Source: Auanema rhodensis
Lineage: Eukaryota > Animalia > Nematoda
DNA: 64,000 nt
Assembly: GCA_964057225.1 (NCBI GenBank)
Contig: OZ059897.1
Location: 3,658,001 to 3,722,000, forward strand
Reading direction: 5' to 3'
A program made the translations under genes and the position numbers. Positions within the stretch are counted from its first letter, which is position 1. Every line of letters starts with the position of its first letter. Below, piece after piece: positions 51,901 to 64,000 of this stretch. Under the pieces are notes generated by a model, which was not told the origin of the DNA, made no database searches, and saw only the letters and a program-made list of their open reading frames with translations.

Positions 51901-54900
51901 AACATACACTAATGCATTATTTTTCAAACGATCATAACTAATTTTTGTATAGAGCGTTTCTTAATGTAGTATAGTGCATTCGATGCGGATTTTTAAGCTG
52001 CGTTGATCTGTGTTATCAGATTTGAGTTAGCTTAAAAATGCACCGAGATATCAACTGATATATGTTCACACTTATATCCTCGATTTTCACCCTGAAGAAA
52101 TGATTTTTTCGTTGAATGACATTGTCCATCGTCTTCGTCTTGAAAAAAGGAATCTAAAAACATCTACTTTTTGTGAAATTATCTAGAAATTTTTCGGGAA
52201 AATTTTTGTCAAAATGTTTTTGGAAGCAATGTTGAGTGTACATGGGAACTCAACATACACTAATGCATTATTTTTCAAACGATCATAACTAATTTTTGTA
52301 TAGAGCGTTTCTCAATGTAGTATAGTGCATTCGATGCGGATTTTTAAGCTGCGTCGATCTGTGTTATCAGATTTGAGTTTACTTAAAAATGCACCGAGAT
52401 ATCAACTGATATAGGTTCACACATATATCCTCGATTTTCACCCTTAAGAAATGATTTTTTCGTTGAAAAACATTGTCCATCGTCTTCGTCTTGAAAAAAG
52501 GAATCTAAAAACATCTACTTTTTGTGAAATTATTCAGAAATTTTTCGGGAAAATTTTTGTCAAAATGTTTTTGGAAGCAATGTTGAGTGTACATGGGAAC
52601 TCAGCATACACTAATGCATTATTTTTCAAACGATAATGACTAATTTTTGTATGGAGCGTTTCTCAATGTAGTATAGTGCATTCGATGCGGATTTTTAAGC
52701 TGCGTCGATCTGTGTTATCCGATTTGCGCTAGCTTAAAAATGCACCGAGTAATCAACTGATATAGGTTCACACTTATATCCTCGATTTTCACCCTGAAGA
52801 ATTAATTTTTTCGTTGAATAACATTGTCCATCGTCTTTGCCTTGAAAAAAGAAATCTAAAAACTCCTACTTTTTGTAAAATTATTTAGAAATTTTTCGGG
52901 AAAATTTTTGTCAAAATGTTTTTGGAAGCAATGTTGAGTGTACATGGGAACTCAACATACACTAATGCATTATTTTTCAAACGATCATAACTAATTTTTG
53001 TATAGAGCGTTTCTTAATGTAGTATAGTGCATTCGATGCGGATTTTTAAGCTGCGTTGATCTGTGTTATCAGATTTGAGTTAGCTTAAAAATGCACCGAG
53101 ATATCAACTGATATATGTTCACACTTATATCCTCGATTTTCACCCTGAAGAAATGATTTTTTCGTTGAATGACATTGTCCATCGTCTTCGTCTTGAAAAA
53201 AGGAATCTAAAAACATCTACTTTTTGTGAAATTATCTAGAAATTTTTCGGGAAAATTTTTGTCAAAATGTTTTTGGAAGCAATGTTGAGAGTACATAAGA
53301 ACTCAACATACACTAATGCATTATTTTTCAAACGATCATAACTAATTTTTGTATAGAGCGTTTCTCAATGTAGTATAGTGCATTCGATGCGGATTTTTAA
53401 GCTGCGTTGATCTGTGTTATCAGATTTGAGTTAACTTAAAAATGCACCGAGATATCAACTGATATAGGTTCACACATATATCCTCGATTTTCACCCTGAA
53501 GAAATGATTTTTTCGTTGAAAAACATTGTCCATCGTCTTCGTTTTGAAAAAAGGAATCTAAAAACATCTACTTTTTGTGAAATTATTCAGAAATTTTTCG
53601 GGAAAATTTTTGTCAAAATGTTTTTGGAAGCAATGTTCAGTGTACATGGGAACTCAACATACACTAATGCATTATTTTTCAAACGATCATAACTAATTTT
53701 TGTATAGAGCGTTTCTCAATGTAGTATAGTGCATTCGATGCGGATTTTTAAGCTGCGTTGATCTGTGTTATCGGATTTGAGTTAGCTTAAAAGTGCACCG
53801 AGATATCAACTGATATATGTTCACACTTATATCCTCGATTTTCACCCTGAAGAATTAATTTTTTCGTTGAATAACATTGTCATTTGTCTTCGTCTTGAAA
53901 AAAGGAATCTAAAAACATCTACTTTTTGTGAAATTATTTAGAAATTTTTCGGGAAAATTTTTGTCAAAATGTTTTTGGAAGCAATGTTGAGTGTACATGG
54001 GAACTCAACATACACTAATGCATTATTTTTCAAACGATCATAACTAATTTTTGTATAGAGCGTTTCTCTTTGTAGTATAGTGCATTCGATGCGGATTTTT
54101 AAGCTGCGTTGATCTGTGTTATCAGATTTGAGTTAGCTTAAAAATGCACCGAGATATCAACTGATATATGTTCACACTTATATCCTCGATTTTCACCCTG
54201 AAGAAATGATTTTTTCGTTGAATAACATTGTCATTTGTCTTCGTCTTGAAAAAGGAATCTAAAAACATCTACTTTTTGTGAAATTATTTAGAAATTTTTC
54301 GGGAAAATTTTTGTCAAAATGTTTTTGGAAGCAATGTTGAGTGTACATGGGAACTCAACATACACTAATGCATTATTTTTCAAACGATCATAACTAATTT
54401 TTGTATAGAGCGTTTCTCTTTGTAGTATAGTGCATTCGATGCGGATTTTTAAGCTGCGTTGATCTGTGTTATCAGATTTGCGCTAGCTTAAAAATGCACC
54501 GAGTAATCAACTGATATAGGTTCACACTTATATCCTCGATTTTCACCCTGAAGAATTAATTTTTTCGTTGAATAACATTGTCCATCGTCTTTGCCTTGAA
54601 AAAAGAAATCCAAAAACTCCTACTTTTTGTGAAATTATTTAGAAATTTTTCGGGAAAATTTTTGTCACAATGTTTTTGGAAGCAATGTTGAGTGTACATG
54701 GGAACTCAGCATACACTAATGCATTATTTTTCAAACGATCATAACTAATTTTTGTATAGAGCGTTTCTCAATGTAGTATAGTGCATTCGATGCGGATTTT
54801 TAAGCTGCGTTGATCTGTGTTATTAGATTTCAGTTAGCTTAAAAATGCACCGAGATATCAACTGATATAGGTTCACACATGTATCCTCGATTTTCACCCT

Positions 54901-55457
54901 GAAGAAATGATTTTTTCGTTGAAAAACATTGTCCATCGTATTCGTCTTGAAAAAAGGAATCTAAAAACATCTACTTTTTGTGAAATTATTTAGAAATTTT
55001 TCGGGAAAATTTTTGTCAAAATGTTTTTGGGAGCAATGTTGAGTGTACATGGGAACTCAACATACACTAATGCATTATTTTTCAAACGATCATAACTAAT
55101 TTTTGTATAGAGCGTTTCTCATTGTAGTATAGTGCATTCGATGCGGATTTTTAAGCTGCGTTGATCTGTGTTATCAGATTTGAGTTAACTTAAAAATGCA
55201 CCGAGATATGAACTGATATAGGTTCACACATATATCCTCGATTTTCACCCTTAAGAAATGATTTTTTCGTTGAAAAACATTGTCCATCGTCTTCGTCTTG
55301 AAAAAAGGAATCTAAAAACATCTACTTTTTGTGAAATTATTCAGAAATTTTTCGGGAAAATTTTTGTCAAAATGTTTTTGGAAGCAATGTTGAGTGTACA
55401 TGGGAACTCAACATACACTAATGCATTATTTTTCAAACGATCATAACTAATTTTTGT

Positions 55458-57563
55458 ATAGAGCGTTTCTCAATGTAGTATAGTGCATTCGATGCGGATT
55501 TTTAAGCTGCGTTGATCTGTGTTATCAGATTTGAGTTAGCTTAAAAATGCACCGAGATATCAACTGATATATGTTCACACTTATATCCTCGATTTTCACC
55601 CTGAAGAATTAATTTTTTCGTTGAATAACATTGTCCATCGTCTTTGCCTTGAAAAAAGAAATCAAAAAACTCCTACTTTTTGTGAAATTATTTAGAAATT
55701 TTTCGGGAAAATTTTTGTCACAATGTTTTTGGAAGCAATGTTGAGTGTACATGGGAACTCAGCATACACTAATGCATTATTTTTCAAACGATCATAACAA
55801 ATCTTTGTATAGAGCGTTTCTTAATGTAGTATAGTGCATTCGATGCGGATTTTTAAGCTGCGTTGATCTGTGTTATCAGATTTGAGTTAGCTTAAAAATG
55901 CACCGAGATATCAACTGATATATGTTCACACTTATATCCTCGATTTTCACCCTGAAGAAATGATTTTTTCGTTGAATGACATTGTCCATCGTCTTCGTCT
56001 TGAAAAAAGGAATCTAAAAACATCTACTTTTTGTGAAATTATTTAGAAATTTTTCGGGAAAATTTTTGTCAAAATGTTTTTGGAAGCAATGTTGAGTGTA
56101 CATGGGAACTCAACATACACTAATGCATTATTTTTCAAACGATCATAACTAATTTTTGTATAGAGCGTTTCTCAATGTAGTATAGTGCATTCGATGCGGA
56201 TTTTTAAGCTGCGTTGATCTGTGTTATCAGATTTGAGTTAGCTTAAAAATGCACCGAGATATCAACTGATATATGTTCACACTTATATCCTCGATTTTCA
56301 CCCTGAAGAATTAATTTTTTCGTTGAATAACATTGTCCATCGTCTTTGCCTTGAAAAAAGAAATCAAAAAACTCCTACTTTTTGTGAAATTATTTAGAAA
56401 TTTTTCGGGAAAATTTTTGTCACAATGTTTTTGGAAGCAATGTTGAGTGTACATGGGAACTCAGCATACACTAATGCATTATTTTTCAAACGATCATAAC
56501 AAATCTTTGTATAGAGCGTTTCTTAATGTAGTATAGTGCATTCGATGCGGATTTTTAAGCTGCGTTGATCTGTGTTATCAGATTTGAGTTAGCTTAAAAA
56601 TGCACCGAGATATCAACTGATATATGTTCACACTTATATCCTCGATTTTCACCCTGAAGAAATGATTTTTTCGTTGAATGACATTGTCCATCGTCTTCGT
56701 CTTGAAAAAAGGAATCTAAAAACATCTACTTTTTGTGAAATTATTTAGAAATTTTTCGGGAAAATTTTTGTCAAAATGTTTTTGGAAGCAATGTTGAGTG
56801 TACATGGGAACTCAACATACACTAATGCATTATTTTTCAAACGATCATAACTAATTTTTGTATAGAGCGTTTCTCAATGTAGTATAGTGCATTCGATGCG
56901 GATTTTTAAGCTGCGTTGATCTGTGTTATCAGATTTGAGTTAGCTTGAAAATGCACCGAGATATCAACTGATATATGTTCACACTTATATCCTCGATTTT
57001 CACCCTGAAGAATTAATTTTTTCGTTGAATAACATTGTCCATCGTCTTTGCCTTGAAAAAAGAAATCTAAAAACTCCTACTTTTTGTGAAATTATTTAGA
57101 AATTTTTCGGGAAAATTTTTGTCACAATGTTTTTGGAAGCAATGTTGAGTGTACATGGGAACTCAGCATACACTAATGCATTATTTTTCAAACGATCATA
57201 ACTAATTTTTGTATAGAGCGTTTCTTAATGTAGTATAGTGCATTCGATGCGGATTTTTAAGCTGCGTTGATCTGTGTTATCAGATTTGAGTTAGCTTAAA
57301 AATGCACCGAGATATCAACTGATATATGTTCACACTTATATCCTCGATTTTCACCCTGAAGAAATGATTTTTTCGTTGAATGACATTGTCCATCGTCTTC
57401 GTCTTGAAAAAAGGAATCTAAAAACATCTACTTTTTGTGAAATTATCTAGAAATTTTTCGGGAAAATTTTTGTCAAAATGTTTTTGGAAGCAATGTTGAG
57501 TGTACATGGGAACTCAACATACACTAATGCATTATTTTTCAAACGATCATAACTAATTTTTGT
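55458..57563 (+). repeat. Alternating dimer run (702-bp period, ~3 copies)
   Basis: 'actcct/gtcac/ctcagc' monomers (55458, 56160, 56862) alternate with 'ttcttaatg/gaatgac' monomers (55809, 56511, 57213). 'acaaatctttg' occurs at ~55800 and ~56502. Confidence 0.85.
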
Positions 57564-58959
57564 ATAGAGCGTTTCTCAATGTAGTATAGTGCATTCGATG
57601 CGGATTTTTAAGCTGCGTTGATCTGTGTTATCAGATTTGAGTTAACTTAAAAATGCACCGAGATATCAACTGATATAGGTTCACACTTATATCCTCGATT
57701 TTCACCCTGAAGAATTAATTTTTTCGTTGAATAACATTGTCCATCGTCTTTGCCTTGAAAAAAGAAATCTAAAAACTCCTACTTTTTGTAAAATTATTTA
57801 GAAATTTTTCGGGAAAATTTTTGTCACAATGTTTTTGGAAGCAATGTTGAGTGTACATGGGAACTCAACATACACTAATGCATTATTTTTCAAACGATCA
57901 TAACTAATTTTTGTATAGAGCGTTTCTTAATGTAGTATAGTGCATTCGATGCGGATTTTTAAGCTGCGTTGATCTGTGTTATCAGATTTGAGTTAACTTA
58001 AAAATGCACCGAGATATCAACTGATATATGTTCACACTTATATCCTCGATTTTCACCCTGAAGAAATGATTTTTTCGTTGAAAAACATTGTCCATCGTAT
58101 TCGTTTTGAAAAAAGAAATCTAAAAACATCTACTTTTTGTGAAATTATTTAGAAATTTTTCGGGAAAATTTTTGTCAAAATGTTTTTGGAAGCAATGTTG
58201 AGTGTACATGGGAACTCAACATACACTAATGCATTATTTTTCAAACGATCATAACTAATTTTTGTATAGAGCGTTTCTCATTGTAGTATAGTGCATTCGA
58301 TGCGGATTTTCAAGCTGCGTTGATCTGTGTTATCAGATTTGAGTTAACTTAAAAATGCACCGAGATATCAACTGATATAGGTTCACACTTGTATCCTCGA
58401 TTTTCACCCTGAAGAAATGATTTTTTCGTTGAAAAACATTGTCCATCGTATTCGTCTTGAAAAAAGGAATCTAAAAACATCTACTTTTTGTGAAATTATT
58501 TAGAAATTTTTCGGGAAAATTTTTGTCAAAATGTTTTTGGAAGCAATGTTGAGTGTACATGGGAACTCAACATACACTAATGCATTATTTTTCAAACGAT
58601 CATAACTAATTTTTGTATAGAGCGTTTCTCATTGTAGTATAGTGCATTCGATGCGGATTTTTAAGCTGCGTTGATCTGTGTTATCAGATTTGAGTTAGCT
58701 TAAAAATGCACCGAGATATCAACTGATACATGTTCACACTTATATCCTCGATTTTCACCCTGAAGAAATGATTTTTTCGTTGAATAACATTGTCCATCGT
58801 CTTTGCCTTGAAAAAAGAAATCTAAAAACTCCTACTTTTTGTGAAATTATTTAGAAATTTTTCGGGAAAATTTTTGTCACAATGTTTTTGGAAGCAATGT
58901 TGAGTGTACATGGGAACTCAACATACACTAATGCATTATTTTTCAAACGATCATAACTA

Positions 58960-61900
58960 ATCTTTGTATAGAGCGTTTCTCAATGTAGTATAGTGCATTC
59001 GATGCGGATTTTTAAGCTGCGTTGATCTGTGTTATCAGATTTGCGCTAGCTTAAAAATGCACCGAGATATCAACTCATATATGTTCACACTTATATCCTC
59101 GATTTTCACCCTGAAGAAATGATTTTTTCGTTGAATAACATTGTCATTTGTCTTCGTCTTGAAAAAAGGAATCTAAAAACATCTACTTTTTGTGAAATTA
59201 TTCAGAAATTTTTCGGGAAAATTTTTGTCAAAATGTTTTTGGAAGCAATGTTGAGTGTACATGGGAACTCAACATACACTAATGCATTATTTTTCAAACG
59301 ATCATAACTAATTTTTGTATAGAGCGTTTCTCATTGTAGTATAGTGCATTCGATGCGGATTTTTAAGCTGCGTTGATCTGTGTTATCAGATTTGCGCAAG
59401 CTTAAAAATGCACCGAGATATCAACTGATATATGTTCACACTTATATCCTCGATTTTCACCCTGAAGAATTAATTTTTTCGTTGAATAACATTGTCATTT
59501 GTCTTCGTCTTGAAAAAAGGAATCTAAAAACATCTACTTTTTGTGAAATTATTTAGAAATTTTTCGGGAAAATTTTTGTCAAAATGTTTTTGGAAGCAAT
59601 GTTGAGTGTACATGGGAACTCAACATACACTAATGCATTATTTTTCAAACGATCATAACTAATTTTTGTATAGAGCGTTTCTCTTTGTAGTATAGTGCAT
59701 TCGATGCGGATTTTTAAGCTGCGTTGATCTGTGTTATCAGATTTGAGTTAGCTTAAAAACGCACCGAGATATCAACTGATATATGTTCACACTTATATCC
59801 TCGATTTTCACCCTGAAGAAATGATTTTTTCGTTGAATAACATTGTCATTTGTCTTCGTCTTGAAAAAAGGAATCTAAAAACATCTACTTTTTGTGAAAT
59901 TATTTAGAAATTTTTCGGGAAAATTTTTGTCAAAATGTTTTTGGAAGCAATGTTGAGTGTACATGGGAACTCAACATACACTAATGCATTATTTTTCAAA
60001 CGATCATAACTAATTTTTGTATAGAACGTTTCTCTTTGTAGTATAGTGCATTCGATGCGGATTTTTAAGCTGCGTTGATCTGTGTTATCAGATTTGCGCT
60101 AGCTTAAAAATGCACCGAGTAATCAACTGATATAGGTTCACACTTATATCCTCGATTTTCACCCTGAAGAATTAATTTTTTCGTTGAATAACATTGTCCA
60201 TCGTCTTTGCCTTGAAAAAAGAAATCCAAAAACTCCTACTTTTTGTGAAATTATTTAGAAATTTTTCGGGAAAATTTTTGTCACAATGTTTTTGGAAGCA
60301 ATGTTGAGTGTACATGGGAACTCAGCATACACTAATGCATTATTTTTCAAACGATCATAACTAATTTTTGTATAGAGCGTTTCTCAATGTAGTATAGTGC
60401 ATTCGATGCGGATTTTTAAGCTGCGTTGATCTGTGTTATTAGATTTCAGTTAGCTTAAAAATGCACCGAGATATCAACTGATATAGGTTCACACATGTAT
60501 CCTCGATTTTCACCCTGAAGAAATGATTTTTTCGTTGAAAAACATTGTCCATCGTATTCGTCTTGAAAAAAGGAATCTAAAAACATCTACTTTTTGTGAA
60601 ATTATTTAGAAATTTTTCGGGAAAATTTTTGTCAAAATGTTTTTGGGAGCAATGTTGAGTGTACATGGGAACTCAACATACACTAATGCATTATTTTTCA
60701 AACGATCATAACTAATTTTTGTATAGAGCGTTTCTCATTGTAGTATAGTGCATTCGATGCGGATTTTTAAGCTGCGTTGATCTGTGTTATCAGATTTGAG
60801 TTAACTTAAAAATGCACCGAGATATGAACTGATATAGGTTCACACATATATCCTCGATTTTCACCCTGAAGAAATGATTTTTTCGTTGAAAAACATTGTC
60901 CATCGTCTTCGTCTTGAAAAAAGGAATCTAAAAACATCTACTTTTTGTGAAATTATTTAGAAATTTTTCAGGAAAATTTTTGTCAAAATGTTTTTGGAAG
61001 CAATGTTGAGTGTACATGGGAACTCAGCATACACTAATGCATTATTTTTCAAACGATCATAACTAATTTTTGTATGGAGCGTTTCTCAATGTAGTATAGT
61101 GCATTCGATGCGGATTTTTAAGCTGCGTTGATCTGTGTTATCAGATTTGCGCTAGCTTAAAAATGCACCGAGTAATCAACTGATATAGGTTCACACTTAT
61201 ATCCTCGATTTTCACCCTGAAGAATTAATTTTTTCGTTGAATAACATTGTCCATCGTCTTTGCCTTGAAAAAAGAAATCTAAAAACTCCTACTTTTTGTA
61301 AAATTATTTAGAAATTTTTCGGGAAAATTTTTGTCACAATGTTTTTGGAAGCAATGTTGAGTGTACATGGGAACTCAACATACACTAATGCATTATTTTT
61401 CAAACGATCATAACTAATTTTTGTATAGAGCGTTTCTTAATGTAGTATAGTGCATTCGATGCGGATTTTTAAGCTGCGTTGATCTGTGTTATCAGATTTG
61501 AGTTAACTTAAAAATGCACCGAGATATCAACTGATATATGTTCACACTTATATCCTCGATTTTCACCCTGAAGAAATGATTTTTTCGTTGAAAAACATTG
61601 TCCATCGTATTCGTTTTGAAAAAAGAAATCTAAAAACATCTACTTTTTGTGAAATTATTTAGAAATTTTTCGGGAAAATTTTTGTCAAAATGTTTTTGGA
61701 AGCAATGTTGAGTGTACATGGGAACTCAACATACACTAATGCATTATTTTTCAAACGATCATAACTAATTTTTGTATAGAGCGTTTCTTAATGTAGTATA
61801 GTGCATTCGATGCGGATTTTTAAGCTGCGTTGATCTGTGTTATCAGATTTGAGTTAACTTAAAAATGCACCGAGATATCAACTGATATATGTTCACACTT

Positions 61901-64000
61901 ATATCCTCGATTTTCACCCTGAAGAAATGATTTTTTCGTTGAAAAACATTGTCCATCGTATTCGTTTTGAAAAAAGAAATCTAAAAACATCTACTTTTTG
62001 TGAAATTATTTAGAAATTTTTCGGGAAAATTTTTGTCAAAATGTTTTTGGAAGCAATGTTGAGTGTACATGGGAACTCAACATACACTAATGCATTATTT
62101 TTCAAACGATCATAACTAATTTTTGTATAGAGCGTTTCTCATTGTAGTATAGTGCATTCGATGCGGATTTTCAAGCTGCGTTGATCTGTGTTATCAGATT
62201 TGAGTTAACTTAAAAATGCACCGAGATATCAACTGATATAGGTTCACACTTGTATCCTCGATTTTCACCCTGAAGAAATGATTTTTTCGTTGAAAAACAT
62301 TGTCCATCGTATTCGTCTTGAAAAAAGGAATCTAAAAACATCTACTTTTTGTGAAATTATTTAGAAATTTTTCGGGAAAATTTTTGTCAAAATGTTTTTG
62401 GAAGCAATGTTGAGTGTACATGGGAACTCAACATACACTAATGCATTATTTTTCAAACGATCATAACTAATCTTTGTATAGAGCGTTTCTCAATGTAGTA
62501 TAGTGCATTCGATGCGGATTTTTAAGCTGCGTTGATCTGTGTTATCAGATTTGCGCTAGCTTAAAAATGCACCGAGATATCAACTCATATATGTTCACAC
62601 TTATATCCTCGATTTTCACCCTGAAGAAATGATTTTTTCGTTGAATAACATTGTCATTTGTCTTCGTCTTGAAAAAAGGAATCTAAAAACATCTACTTTT
62701 TGTGAAATTATTCAGAAATTTTTCGGGAAAATTTTTGTCAAAATGTTTTTGGAAGCAATGTTGAGTGTACATGGGAACTCAACATACACTAATGCATTAT
62801 TTTTCAAACGATCATAACTAATTTTTGTATAGAGCGTTTCTCATTGTAGTATAGTGCATTCGATGCGGATTTTTAAGCTGCGTTGATCTGTGTTATCAGA
62901 TTTGCGCAAGCTTAAAAATGCACCGAGATATCAACTGATATATGTTCACACTTATATCCTCGATTTTCACCCTGAAGAATTAATTTTTTCGTTGAATAAC
63001 ATTGTCATTTGTCTTCGTCTTGAAAAAAGGAATCTAAAAACATCTACTTTTTGTGAAATTATTTAGAAATTTTTCGGGAAAATTTTTGTCAAAATGTTTT
63101 TGGAAGCAATGTTGAGTGTACATGGGAACTCAACATACACTAATGCATTATTTTTCAAACGATCATAACTAATTTTTCTATAGAGCGTTTCTCTTTGTAG
63201 TATAGTGCATTCGATGCGGATTTTTAAGCTGCGTTGATCTGTGTTATCAGATTTGAGTTAGCTTAAAAACGCACCGAGATATCAACTGATATATGTTCAC
63301 ACTTATATCCTCGATTTTCACCCTGAAGAAATGATTTTTTCGTTGAATAACATTGTCATTTGTCTTCGTCTTGAAAAAAGGAATCTAAAAACATCTACTT
63401 TTTGTGAAATTATTTAGAAATTTTTCGGGAAAATTTTTGTCAAAATGTTTTTGGAAGCAATGTTGAGTGTACATGGGAACTCAACATACACTAATGCATT
63501 ATTTTTCAAACGATCATAACTAATTTTTGTATAGAACGTTTCTCTTTGTAGTATAGTGCATTCGATGCGGATTTTTAAGCTGCGTTGATCTGTGTTATCA
63601 GATTTGCGCTAGCTTAAAAATGCACCGAGTAATCAACTGATATAGGTTCACACTTATATCCTCGATTTTCACCCTGAAGAATTAATTTTTTCGTTGAATA
63701 ACATTGTCCATCGTCTTTGCCTTGAAAAAAGAAATCCAAAAACTCCTACTTTTTGTGAAATTATTTAGAAATTTTTCGGGAAAATTTTTGTCACAATGTT
63801 TTTGGAAGCAATGTTGAGTGTACATGGGAACTCAGCATACACTAATGCATTATTTTTCAAACGATCATAACTAATTTTTGTATAGAGCGTTTCTCAATGT
63901 AGTATAGTGCATTCGATGCGGATTTTTAAGCTGCGTTGATCTGTGTTATTAGATTTCAGTTAGCTTAAAAATGCACCGAGATATCAACTGATATAGGTTC
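58960..64000 (+). repeat. Block recurring at a 10-monomer spacing (3510 bp), running off the window end
   Basis: ORFs 59119 and 62629 are identical. Markers caactcat, gcgcaagc, aaaacgca, atagaacg and attagatttc recur 3510 bp apart. Confidence 0.88.

Larger units (their letters stand above)
1..64000. repeat. Satellite DNA array: 351-bp monomer, 182 full copies plus a partial, head-to-tail, single orientation
   Basis: 'atagagcgtttctcaatg' or a close variant recurs at 1, 352, 703, 1054 ... 63531, 63882. ORF-track copies are spaced by multiples of 351 (±1-2 across indels). Monomers differ by only a few substitutions each. Confidence 0.99.

Noticed and set aside
1-64000. CRISPR array or other repeat-spacer system
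   Set aside because: There are no unique spacers: the whole 351 bp is repeated, and there are no cas-like ORFs.
1-64000. Assembly artefact or rolling-circle concatemer of one 351-bp circle
   Set aside because: Variants are linked in consistent haplotypes and ordered hierarchical blocks, not random errors on identical copies. Exact copy numbers of near-identical blocks still need read support.
1-64000. A single fixed higher-order repeat across the window
   Set aside because: Periods change locally (8, 6, 4, 3, 5, 2, 10) and each block repeats only 2-3 times.

Overview
The entire 64 kb window is one uninterrupted head-to-tail tandem array of a 351-bp AT-rich monomer, i.e. eukaryotic-type satellite DNA, plausibly (peri)centromeric heterochromatin. 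Monomer 1 is about 32% GC by hand count. Taking 'atagagcg' at position 1 as the arbitrary monomer start, there are 182 complete monomers plus a 119-bp partial, all in the same orientation. I saw no insertions, inversions or unique sequence. The only length changes are 15 single-base homopolymer indels (8 deletions, 7 insertions). There are no real genes: every ORF in the track is the same repeat-borne frame, opened or closed by single-base variants. The structure of interest is at two other scales. Within the monomer there is a dense set of dyad symmetries, including a 15-bp inverted repeat interrupted by an 11-nt insert and a pair of mutually exclusive hairpins, plus an A/T-tract-rich segment. 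Across monomers, shared variants reveal a patchwork of short local multi-monomer duplications (periods of 1, 2, 3, 4, 5, 6, 8 and 10 monomers), mosaic monomers, and a switch between two variant domains at about 29-34 kb. I cannot identify the satellite family or the species from sequence alone, and I found no evidence for a protein-coding or CRISPR-like system.
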